From Giardia intestinalis (Eukaryota), in NCBI GenBank assembly GCA_000002435.2, contig CM018790.1: a stretch of DNA of 64,000 nucleotides; one strand, given 5' to 3'. A program made the translations under genes and the position numbers. The notes under the pieces were generated by a model. The model was not told where the DNA came from, did not search any database, and worked only from the letters and a program-made list of their open reading frames with translations. Numbering within the stretch: the first letter of the stretch is position 1; every line of letters begins with the position of its first letter. Positions 1-9,916 of the stretch are shown piece by piece.

Positions 1-3000
1 AAGCACACTGGATCAAGACAGATTTCGCTTTTGAGTATCTGCCCGCCTCTATTTCGCGGTCTGCAAGTAAATATGCGGTTCTAGCTGCGTCTCCATACTT
101 CTCCATAGCCATGTAAAACTTGAACACATATAGCGGGGGGCGCTTACAGCCATCCAATTCTCCGTTAAGATATTTGAGAATCAGCTCAATAATGGAAACA
201 GATTGCTTACATGATTTAAGCAGATCGAGAGCTTTGTCTATATCTGTCGATCCATCGCCGTAGTGAAGCAAGAGCTTGATAGCCGCCTCATGCTCCCCAA
301 GCAATTCCAGGAAGTGCGCCGCAGCCCTAATGTTTCTAGGAACTTGTAGTGGCTGGGAGGAGGTTTCTGGAGTTTCGTCAAGCGGGCTAATATCCGGGTT
401 ACTGCGTGTGACGGGTGCCGAAAAGTAACGCACCGCCTTTTTCAGAAACTCCTGGGGAGCACGCTCGTTAACAAGGCGAATTAGAATGTCTTCATTACTG
501 GTCTGAATTGCAAGGTCAAATGCCTCATCGAATGCTCCACTCAGCACTCCGAAAAATATAGCCTTCTTTATGTTACCAGCTGTCCGGTGATAGAGGGAAA
601 GGCTTGCTGAGGATCCTTTGAGCTCTGCCTCCAACTCATACACCGCCAAAGTAGTACGCTCCCCAGCGTGCGCCTTTTCGAGGAGAAGCTTTGTCTCTTT
701 AACGGCTGACTCTGCTTCGGAGATCTTTCCTAGTGCAATCAGACAATCCACAATTTCACGACTCTGACCAGCGCGCTTGAAAAGAACCAGAGCCTTATCC
801 GGATCGTCTTTCATGTAAACTCTCGCCAAGTCTGCGACAATATTCATATCGGTAACATTGTCTATAAGCCGCTCTGCCTCACCGTACTGCCGTGACTTGA
901 TATAGCAGCCGACTGCTCGAGATAAAAGCAGCGGTGGGTCTATTTCTTTCAGATCCTTTTCTTGCACGATGTCCTGTATGCTAGTGGGGAGAAGCTCTGA
1001 GAGAAGCTTCTTAGTTGCTTCTACGTTAAGCACCGCATCTATCTCTTTAACTATGGAGATATCAATACCTGAGCTATCACCAGAGGCTGTCTGTGAAAGC
1101 GCAGAGTTTGCTATCGTTGTTAGGAGAGATGGAATGAGAGCAAAGAGAAGGAGAGGCTTGGTCCCCCCAGTACCTTGGATACCAGATCCACCGCCCCTAT
1201 TCCCGCCAACACGAATCATGTTAGTGTCTGTAGAATTATATATGTATGCATAGATGTTTAGCTCGCCACTAAGAAGGCCTGCTATCTCCTTTCTGAGCCT
1301 TGAGTAACACGCCTCTGCTAAGTTAGAGGAGGCTTCCAAAAAGAGAGCAGCTTCCGCAAAGCGCTTCTGCAGACATAGAATGTTTCCGCATTCCATGCAA
1401 AGGCGAGACCGCTGAAGGATATTCAAAGGGTCCTTGACCCTAGGAACAAACCGATTCGTCGCTTCTTTGCGAGGAGGAAGAGCCATTTCCTTCAGGTCTG
1501 AAAGCTTCCCTAACTGCGCGTAACAGCGTGACATGAGGCCTATCAGAAAGGGAATTAGTTTGGGCGGAATGCTGCTCCACATGAAGCGTGCTTCGCCTGA
1601 CTCCTGTCCTTGCTTGCTGTCATCCTTTAGCAAGTTCATGCAGACGTCAAGGCACTCTGGATATTGAAGCCTGTTCTCCAATTCTCCCGCCCACTGTATC
1701 AAGATCTCGCTTCTGACAGCTGTGGACCCTATCCTCGTTGCTAGCATGCTCGCAGTATTCCAATCTAAGCTATCCATACGGAAGGAGAGGGCCACGTTTG
1801 GCTTTCGGGACTTAAGGAGAAACCGCTCCGCTGCACTAAGATAGACGTCTGCCTTGCTCTGTCCCATGGCAAATGCCACGTTGCTACTATTATCTCCAGA
1901 TGCTGGAAGATCAGGGCATGCCATCAGCAGGGAAAGAGCCATAGCTGTGTTATTGTCATATTCGTTGATGCAGATTCTGGATAGAAAAAGGGATAACGCA
2001 GCTGGGTCGTTGCTGTGTGTTGTATTCATTGTGGACAGATTGCGAAGCAGGTCATTAACACCCTGTGCACCCCTAGAATCTAGGAACGTCGTATCCTGAT
2101 AAGTCCCAAGGCTATGCATAACGTGCTCTTCAGTTGTCCCATACAAAGAGAGCTCTCTGTAAGCAGTAAGCGCAGTGCTAAAGTCTGTAATACGAACTGC
2201 CGAATCAGCTACGTACTTCATCACATCTGTGTTGCCAGAAACGGACGCAAGGATAAATGCTAGCTTCGTGTGGCCGATAGTTCCTAACTCCACTGCTGCT
2301 TTTTCGTATTCTTGCAACAGCCCTGCCGCTTTGAGCGATCGATACTTAGGGAAAAGACCAGATATTTTGAACGGAACGGAATTGAACTCCTGACCAGTGT
2401 ATTGAAGCAAGCTATCCTGCAGAGGTGCCAGGTAGCTATAATAAGACATAAATAAGTCATCTTTTTGTGAAGTGTTGTCCTCGATATCATCACCCTTCAG
2501 CAGGAGAGGACGTGGGGCTCCAAATGATGCCGAATTGTCGTAGAACGCTAGGCATGTTGCAAAGCTTTGAAGCCCACTAATATAGTCGCGCTGGCGAAGT
2601 TCTGCTCCGTCCAAAACAAATCCCATGCCCCCTGCAACTATCGTTGGTAACGTTGTACTGGAAGATGTAGCAACAGAGGCTTTTACAGCTAATATCCCAT
2701 AGCCTTCTTGCTCTGGTAGCGAATGGTGAAGCACGCAAACATAGGAATTAGCTGGCAGACAGTCGCTTCCAATCTTTGTACAAGTCGTTATAACGAACGT
2801 ATTTGCCAACAATGAGTCAAAGGTAATATCATAAATACACTCAGGCTCCTCTTTGAAAAGCAGTGAGACAGATTCAAAACTATCGTTCGAAGCTTCTTCA
2901 GATAGAATGCGTGAGTATCGCGCATCGTTTATCAAAATTCCTTCAGCAGGAAGATAAAAACACGGCCGAATTTTTGCACCAGTTCGATATATTGCGCAAA

Positions 3001-5083
3001 TTGTGCCACCAGGACTAAGCTTAATTGTTACGTTTGCATCCGTGCCTCTTCTTAAAACAACATTGTCTGTGAATTCATCTGGAAGCTGCTGGGCAGCAAC
3101 TTTAACAAAGTTTAGTTTCCCATCGTCTTCGTAAATGGAGTACACAACCAGCATCCCTCCGAAGGTAATGCCGTAAACAAAGGGAGAACAACAGGCGCAT
3201 ACTTGAAACTTGAGGCTCTCCACGTCAGAAAGTATTAGACTTGGACAGGAACCAACGATCACCTCCAACGTACCTTCCTGTGCAAGAGACACGATGCAAA
3301 TCGACCCTGTTTCCAGTGTCATAATGTCGAATCTGGTTGGCTTGGTTGTGGGTTCTGCCGTGTGCCAAGATAGTTCAGGATTGAGTTGTGCCGGGTCAGA
3401 GCCGATTAAAATAAGCTTTGAATACCTTATTTTGCTATTAGATAAATAGCCAATTGCCCCGTCAGAAACTGCAAATTGAGATGGTTCACCATTCAGGTCA
3501 ATAAGAGTCGAGAGCTTGTATGCCTTTGGAGGAGCCATGGGATTTGCCAACACAAAGCTGAGGGATGCCACACTAGGGCTGGCCAATGAGAGACAGAAGA
3601 CCACACCTTTTTTGTGATCAAACACGGAGGCCTCGCTAACAGATTGATCAAGGTAGCATACGTCTGGTGGGTTCAGTGGAACACTAACTTGCCAGAGTAC
3701 CACATTAGTTGTCAGCATTACAGTCACAACACCGTTGGAAAACGCAACGGCACAAAGACCTCTATTAAAAAGACTATGGGAAATATTAACAGGATAACCA
3801 GTTATGCCCGGAAATGTGGGGTTTTTGCCGAAAAGGAGGTAGGGGGTTTCCTGGGTAGGATTGTGGAGATTAACTACCGAGAAGCCTCGTTCCACCGGGA
3901 GAACAAGCTTGTCTCCCGTACCTAGGACGGAAAGAAATCCAATTCCGTGGCACGTGCTCACTCCCTTCATTATATATTCGGTGAGGCTGTTTATTCCATT
4001 TGCATTGTCCTGGAGCCCCACCTGATCGTTCATCTCTTCAATGTAACCATTGTACGTTCCAGTTGATCCTGAAACGGATAACTTAATAGCGTTTCGTTGC
4101 CACATGATGGCTCCAAACCTTGTCACGTGTGCATCTGTTGATAGATTAAATCCTACTTTAGATCTGTCTAGTGAAACGCGAAGTATCAACGCATTAGAAA
4201 ATAGTACAAAAATCGAGGGAGGAATAGAGGCAGTTCGTGGACAGTACACCATATCAATTAACGTGTCTGCCCCCACATCTGGTAGATTGAGAATCGCACA
4301 GCCATCTATGCCGTTGACTACCGCAGTGAATAAATTCTTGCTATCCAATGTCTCTGCAGACCACATCTCTGGCACGGTGGAGATAATGATGAGTTTGTAT
4401 CCGGGTTCATATGATACCTGCGAGTCTGAGTGACTTTTTTTCATGATAGAGGGATGGAAGAAGGCTGGGACTGCAACCGCATCTATGCACTCATTGGTAT
4501 CTATAAGAATTTCTATTGGAAGAAGCTTGCCCAGAAAGAGACAGCCAAGAGCCTTTTGCTTTAAGGTGGCCTGAGTGTTTCCATCACTGTCAGATACTAT
4601 CAGACTCTCTGCAGACAAGGAAATGATCCGGTGGGTAGAAATAGTATGACAAACGGAAACCAACCTGCGAACATGCTTGGTCATTTGGGGGACACGCTTG
4701 GTAGTGTGCGGGTCATACGTAAAAATATGCCCCTGGCCGGTACCAATTACCAGTTGTCGCTCTAGCGTATTCCATGATAAACACGTTGGATCTGTAACGT
4801 CTAGCATCAGCTTGATTAAGCTTTTCTGAGATGAGGACCATATTCTCACTAGCTGTGAGCCAGAGCATAGTACAGCGAAGTATGCTCCATTGGGTGACCA
4901 CATCACGTCCAGAATAGTGGAGTTTTCAGTCGGGATCTTGTCCACTAGAGCCCCATCCTTCGTATAAAAAGTAACTTGGGTCCGTGCGGCAACGGCCAGT
5001 ATGTCATCCCTTGGTGACCACGACAGCATCACTGGCCGATTACCATGTCTATCTCCTTTGATCTGAAATTTAAGATGCATCAC
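1..5083 (-). CDS. IFT172: Intraflagellar transport protein 172 (IFT172)-like WD40 + TPR/alpha-solenoid protein, partial. The ATG is at 5081-5083, and the C-terminus lies beyond the window start.
   Basis: The minus-strand frame is open from the ATG at 5083 to position 1, because no ORF ending at 5083 appears in the track. So at least 1694 aa are visible. The N-terminus reads MHLKFQIKGDRHGNRPVMLSWSPRDDILAVAARTQVTFYTKDGALVDK..., which aligns with the human IFT172 N-terminus as I remember it ([53 protein letters not shown]). WD-repeat beta-strand patterns are followed by helical TPR-like sequence. Only IFT172 among the IFT WD/TPR proteins reaches this size. Confidence 0.55.
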   Translation of the reverse strand, partial: MMHLKFQIKGDRHGNRPVMLSWSPRDDILAVAARTQVTFYTKDGALVDKIPTENSTILDVMWSPNGAYFAVLCSGSQLVRIWSSSQKSLIKLMLDVTDPTCLSWNTLERQLVIGTGQGHIFTYDPHTTKRVPQMTKHVRRLVSVCHTISTHRIISLSAESLIVSDSDGNTQATLKQKALGCLFLGKLLPIEILIDTNECIDAVAVPAFFHPSIMKKSHSDSQVSYEPGYKLIIISTVPEMWSAETLDSKNLFTAVVNGIDGCAILNLPDVGADTLIDMVYCPRTASIPPSIFVLFSNALILRVSLDRSKVGFNLSTDAHVTRFGAIMWQRNAIKLSVSGSTGTYNGYIEEMNDQVGLQDNANGINSLTEYIMKGVSTCHGIGFLSVLGTGDKLVLPVERGFSVVNLHNPTQETPYLLFGKNPTFPGITGYPVNISHSLFNRGLCAVAFSNGVVTVMLTTNVVLWQVSVPLNPPDVCYLDQSVSEASVFDHKKGVVFCLSLASPSVASLSFVLANPMAPPKAYKLSTLIDLNGEPSQFAVSDGAIGYLSNSKIRYSKLILIGSDPAQLNPELSWHTAEPTTKPTRFDIMTLETGSICIVSLAQEGTLEVIVGSCPSLILSDVESLKFQVCACCSPFVYGITFGGMLVVYSIYEDDGKLNFVKVAAQQLPDEFTDNVVLRRGTDANVTIKLSPGGTICAIYRTGAKIRPCFYLPAEGILINDARYSRILSEEASNDSFESVSLLFKEEPECIYDITFDSLLANTFVITTCTKIGSDCLPANSYVCVLHHSLPEQEGYGILAVKASVATSSSTTLPTIVAGGMGFVLDGAELRQRDYISGLQSFATCLAFYDNSASFGAPRPLLLKGDDIEDNTSQKDDLFMSYYSYLAPLQDSLLQYTGQEFNSVPFKISGLFPKYRSLKAAGLLQEYEKAAVELGTIGHTKLAFILASVSGNTDVMKYVADSAVRITDFSTALTAYRELSLYGTTEEHVMHSLGTYQDTTFLDSRGAQGVNDLLRNLSTMNTTHSNDPAALSLFLSRICINEYDNNTAMALSLLMACPDLPASGDNSSNVAFAMGQSKADVYLSAAERFLLKSRKPNVALSFRMDSLDWNTASMLATRIGSTAVRSEILIQWAGELENRLQYPECLDVCMNLLKDDSKQGQESGEARFMWSSIPPKLIPFLIGLMSRCYAQLGKLSDLKEMALPPRKEATNRFVPRVKDPLNILQRSRLCMECGNILCLQKRFAEAALFLEASSNLAEACYSRLRKEIAGLLSGELNIYAYIYNSTDTNMIRVGGNRGGGSGIQGTGGTKPLLLFALIPSLLTTIANSALSQTASGDSSGIDISIVKEIDAVLNVEATKKLLSELLPTSIQDIVQEKDLKEIDPPLLLSRAVGCYIKSRQYGEAERLIDNVTDMNIVADLARVYMKDDPDKALVLFKRAGQSREIVDCLIALGKISEAESAVKETKLLLEKAHAGERTTLAVYELEAELKGSSASLSLYHRTAGNIKKAIFFGVLSGAFDEAFDLAIQTSNEDILIRLVNERAPQEFLKKAVRYFSAPVTRSNPDISPLDETPETSSQPLQVPRNIRAAAHFLELLGEHEAAIKLLLHYGDGSTDIDKALDLLKSCKQSVSIIELILKYLNGELDGCKRPPLYVFKFYMAMEKYGDAARTAYLLADREIEAGRYSKAKSVLIQCA

Positions 5084-5187
5084 GAAGGGGCCAATTAATT
5101 TTTGGCCATTTACTCTGCTTCACCGAGGCTGGTTTGCCAGCTGCTATCCGAGCAAGTCTCACGCGAACTACCACTCCAAGCAAAGCC

Positions 5188-5212
5188 CAAGATCCAGAAT
5201 CTGAAAGTCGGA
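5188..5212 (+). repeat. 20-bp motif GATCCAGAATC(T/C)GAAA, copy 1.
   Basis: The sequence aagatccagaatctgaaagtcggattcc recurs at 22885-22906 in direct orientation and at 21775-21800 in reverse orientation (gatttcggattctggatctc). Confidence 0.6.
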
Positions 5213-5294
5213 TTCCATCCAGCTCTGGTGAGAAAAGAAGACTTTATTTTCATCTCCCTAGGAGCTGTTGCTATTCCTCCCAGCGCCTTCTAAG

Positions 5295-5445
5295 ACTTCC
5301 TCTTCCTCCGACCAGTTATGGGCAGCCAGGACTCAGTTCGCCTCTGCCAGCCAAGCACCCCAAGTCCTATTTCTTGTCGAGGGATTCACATGGGTCACGT
5401 GTGGGTCCGTCTGGACAGGCGGGGCGAGTGATTAGTGCCATCACT
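5295..5445 (-). repeat. Short dispersed repeat element of about 150 bp, copy A, in reverse orientation. The outer palindrome boundary falls inside it.
   Basis: The reverse complement of 5340-5445 reads ggcactaatcactcgccccgcctgtccagacggacccacacgtgacccatgtgaatccctcgacaag...ggctggcagaggcg, which is shared with 20925-21014 and 22997-23100. The outer 45 bp (5295-5340) is a diverged match to 23100-23140. Confidence 0.7.
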
Positions 5446-8400
5446 GGCTTCAAGCTCTCCGTTGCTCTGGGAGCTCCTTGAGACCGGCCAGGAAGGAGGC
5501 CTCCTGCCCCTCAGTGCTCTTACACCCAATGTTGACCGTCGAGCATAGCGCTTCGCTAGGTCTGTCGCCTCTGTGACTACCCTGTCGCGTCACTGTCATC
5601 GGCATGGGCAGTGAGTGGAGTATCTCCTTCAGCTCCTGGTGAGCAGGTTCTGTACCACGCAGTATGGGGGCATGCGCAGGGCCCCGAGGGACCGAGTCCA
5701 GGAGTGCAGCGCGTCCCAGCCGGAGGAAGGCCTCGACGCAGCTCCTCGGGACGGGGCACACTTGCCTGGGAGAGGCCGTCTGCTGTTGGGGCTCTCGTTA
5801 TGTCGAGCGAGGCCGCCGTGCCCATCAGCTTGTGTCTCCCTGTGCCATGCGAACACCACCCATGTGCAATCGGTGGAACGCAGTCTGCTCTGTCTCGAGG
5901 AAGGCCAGTGTCTGGGTCTCCAGGGGGCTCGGGACTGCCTTGTGGAGCGCATCATGATCGTCCCCTGATCGTGGTTGTCCTGTCTCGTTCTTGGGAAGAG
6001 GGCAGAACAAAAGTTCTTCTCCCGTCGGAGTCGCTTGGCACTTGAGTTCGAACTTTGGGTTTTGATCTTGGCCAATGCAGGGATGAGGGAGACCTGCTTC
6101 CCCAGAGCGGCGGTGGCTTGCATGGGAAGATCACTCAGATAGCAGGTGACAGCCCCACCCCGGCTAAAAAACTTGAGGCAGCCGTCGCGCCCGCCGCCCC
6201 CAGGACAGAGATTCTGCGTGCATGGCCAGCTGCCCTTGTCAGTTCGGTCTACTGGTCCGGTAGTCTGAGGACCTTCTGCGCCGCTTCTGATGTATGATGC
6301 ATCGCAACTGCTTATAGGGGTAAGCAGCATGAAAAGGCAATTGCATGTGTGGACATTGTACTATGACCGTCTCAGAGGGCCGAAGTCTCCAACTACAGAG
6401 CGCTGCACCGAGCAACACGCCCCACTGCCCTGCGCCGGTGGCTGCCTCCACCACCGTCTTCGTTGCACTTGGGCTGTGCCTGCCCAGCAGACTGAGCAGA
6501 GATTACAGAAGCTTCTCTAATAATGCACACACGCCGCATAAGGTCTGATGATGGAATGGACACCACCTGTCTGAGCTGTCTGCTATTGACGAGAGACAGC
6601 CCTTGGTTGCACTAGAGTGCTTTTGTTTAAGCATAAGGTCTTCGCACCTACTCCCCCATCAGCTATAGCGATAGCTGTATATCCAGAAGGGTCCTGCAGA
6701 GCGTTCCACCGTCTTTCAAGGTAAGGCATGGGCTCCATACCTATAGCTAAAAACAGAAATCCGTGCACCAAGTGTCACGAGTCTAGTATACTGACCGACC
6801 TGAATCGCAGTGCACTTGTCAAGGACCTGTGCACACGTTTGGATGCTCACTGCTAGTGGTAGACGGGCTTGTAAGGAAAATTGCTTCTGGTCGCGCTTGC
6901 CTTATAGTGTTTGATCCTGGGTGGCATGCCTCAGCAAAGGAAGATGCTATTTATATGCATAGAAGGCTATCCATGCACAGTGATTCCTGGAAAGCCGGTT
7001 CGCACGGAGAGGGTAGAGGCCATCAGCAAACCAGTGAGATACACCTGACGCTAGAGAGGCCAGCTACCGGCTCAGATTGCAGTGGTGACACTTGTAGTGC
7101 CCCTCTGACTTCTAAGCATGGAAACGTCACGGGGTCTGTGGGCAAACCGGACGCTCTTTTTGATTTTATACGTTTGTAGCAACGTAGTATTTATTGGGGT
7201 CTGCTTCGTCTGGAGTCGAGGAGGCTCGCTTTCTCTCCACATACAGATTAAGATCGATTGTAGGGGTATACTGTGCAGATCAGTACCAGTCAGTGTGGTC
7301 TCTGTCCACAGGTACCTCACTTGCGTCTTCCCGTGGCAGACATTCACCAACAACACCTCCGGCCTGTGTGGTGTTCTACAGTGTACCTTCACCTTCGACC
7401 AAGGGGCTGGTACACACGTTACGTAATTTAGATTGCTCATCAGTCAGGGTGGTATGGTCCGCTCTTGTTCTCCACTTGCATATCTCGTATAACCTGCTGA
7501 TAGCCTTTCCAGATTAGTATGCAGATGCTTCTATCGGTCCTGTAAGGCATGCGTCATGTAGGTAACCATTACAGGCCAGAGTCCTGTCTGCTAAGGAAAA
7601 GAACCACCAGTTTACCATGTGGACATCCGTTGTGCTCTCCAGTATCTCCTCGCCAGCCGCCATCTAGTTCTCCCTGCCGTTTGGAGCCCGTATGTATATT
7701 GTTACTGACAAGCACTTGGTTTCAATGGGCCCCTGGGACGTTAAGCACTTTACCCTGTGCAGTGGGTATGTTCAATGTGGGAGATACACAATCAGCATTG
7801 ACTTTCTCACTCATTGTTTGTGTAATTATTGTTGCTTCTTAGTCTAATTAGCAACCCAGATCATGGCCTCCAGTGTAGTGGTATTCTACCAACAGACAGC
7901 TGGCAGTGACTGTGGCACGTACTTTCATCAAGACACAGCCACCTGAGCAGGGGTATGAAATGGGTCCTTGTTATTCTACGATTCTGCTAATTCCTCAGAT
8001 AGCAGGGATCAGAGCAGCTTATTGTTAGTATTGACTATCTCCGTGTCTCCATTTATCTTCGTCGCTTGAGATACGCTTGACTCCAAAGACTCGAAAAGGT
8101 GCTATACTGTGCTCAGATCTGCGAGTCTCAATTAAGTAAGGCTACCATCTCGGTGGCTGCGCTGAGGTAGCTACACACCTTGTGGGCTCTGCAAGGTGCA
8201 TTACAGCCCAATGGAACCCTTACCTATCGAATGCAGGCCGCAATGCAGCCTCGCTGGTGCACGATTTCTTAAGATGACTGATCAATCCGCAGAGTCCACC
8301 CTACTCATGTAGAGCCAGCGATAGATGACGATATCAACCCTGTAGATAATCTACACTGTACATCAGTGGTCCTATAGGTAAGTAAGGGTCAGCCATCCCG

Positions 8401-9916
8401 CAGTAATGAGCATTAGCGGTGTCTTTCCCAAGAATAAATGGGCGAGTTGTCAGCAGTCACAACATCCGCTTTCTCAATGAAGACCGCCCTGCCACTGAGG
8501 CCCAGGCCAGTCTCCTATAAGATCCTTGACAAGATTGTATCCAAGATGTATATCTATGGTGCTCCCCGACTCAAGGTGTATGCTGCTGAACCTCCCATTT
8601 CTCGTATCAGCTTATGAATATCGATGTCCCTGCCTCTAGCAGAATTGTATTAGAAATAATATGAGATATGGCGCCTTCAGTCGGGTTGTTCGGATTCCCA
8701 GCTGCACAACGGGGGCCCACTTTCGTATTGTGCATCAGAAAGACATGTCATGCCGTAATGATGCAACCTTTCGTATGGTATAATTCTTGCGTCAAGAGAT
8801 AGGGCACTTGTATCGATCGGCATATCTACCCATGGCCAGTTATAGCTTGGACCAAAGGTCACAAACGAACGCTATCTAACTCCCTTATCAACAGACGGGA
8901 GATCTGACCATCCTTCTGCCTCACACAAAGCCACAAAGGATTCTAGATCAGGATTTCGGCCAGTAGCTGGCAAGTCATTATACTCTCCTGGATTTCTGCT
9001 CCCTCTACTATAGGTATCCACATGTAGGAAGCTCTGAGGGCCTAAAGTCCTACACCAATAGGCTCAGGGTACTGCAAACCCAGGTGTTTTCACTAGTGGT
9101 GGTAGTGATGGTCTCAAGATGATCCAGAAGGGATGACAGGAGTCCTGGTCAATCAACTTAGAAGGTGGCACGGCTTGGTCAGTGATTCTCCTTGTCCAGA
9201 TGCGGGACTGCTTGTCTGCGCCTTCTAAGCTTCACATGGCATCCCGTCATGCGATAGGATATCTTAATAATATTCATTAAAAAAGGCCAGAAATGACACA
9301 CTGTACATCCAACAGACTGCTGCACCTTATTATCTAATCTTTGCCGGTTCACACCTTCCACAAACCCCAGTGGTTGCTGCGATCTTCTCTTAGGATCTCG
9401 TAGGGGTCTTTCATTAAGGGAGGCTCCCCTGTGACGACCAGAGGTCGCAGACATAATCCAAAGGGATGCGAATGCTACGGAGGCGGAGAGAAGGTCATCG
9501 GCGCACGGGGGTCCGCAGGGGCCCGACCCGTCCAGGGAAAGCACAGGGAGCTGGCTTATCAGAGACGCAAAGACGCCAGGAGAAAAGCCAGCAACGAACC
9601 CACGGCACAGTGGAGGCACTCGAGCCGTCCTTTGATTGGCCGCAGGGCAGAGAGGCGGCAAGCGTGTGGAGAGGTCTCACCACTTATTTTTGGATTTTCT
9701 GTTTCCCTGCGTGTTGTGCAGGGAGCATGGGGTTCAGACCCAGGGAGCTCGCGTGGGCTGTATGCAGTAGATGTGCTTAGTATTCGATGAGCTTCTATGC
9801 CCTAAGCAGAGGTATCGTAGAAGACGAATCTCTTTGGATTAATTAGCATAGTGTAGTCAGGTCTTTAGTCTTAAGTATCTTATTCTTACTTATACGACAA
9901 GCTGAGAAGGACCTCA

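Noticed and set aside
5629-6330. 233-aa ORF on the minus strand (mirror copy at 20024..20725), along with the many 60-140-aa ORFs between 5100-7800 and 19000-21700
   Set aside because: They lie in a GC-rich block where ORFs on both strands and in several frames overlap one another. The translations are low-complexity, rich in R, G, P and S. This pattern is typical of GC-rich non-coding DNA. I cannot exclude a degraded pseudogene, so the region is reported as a finding instead.
9179-9790. ORFs 9179..9661 (-) and 9431..9790 (+) just upstream of the VSP
   Set aside because: They overlap each other on opposite strands within a 350-bp GC-rich island, and the translations are Arg/Gly-rich. They are not credible as coding. 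The island itself is flagged as possibly regulatory or ncRNA in a finding.
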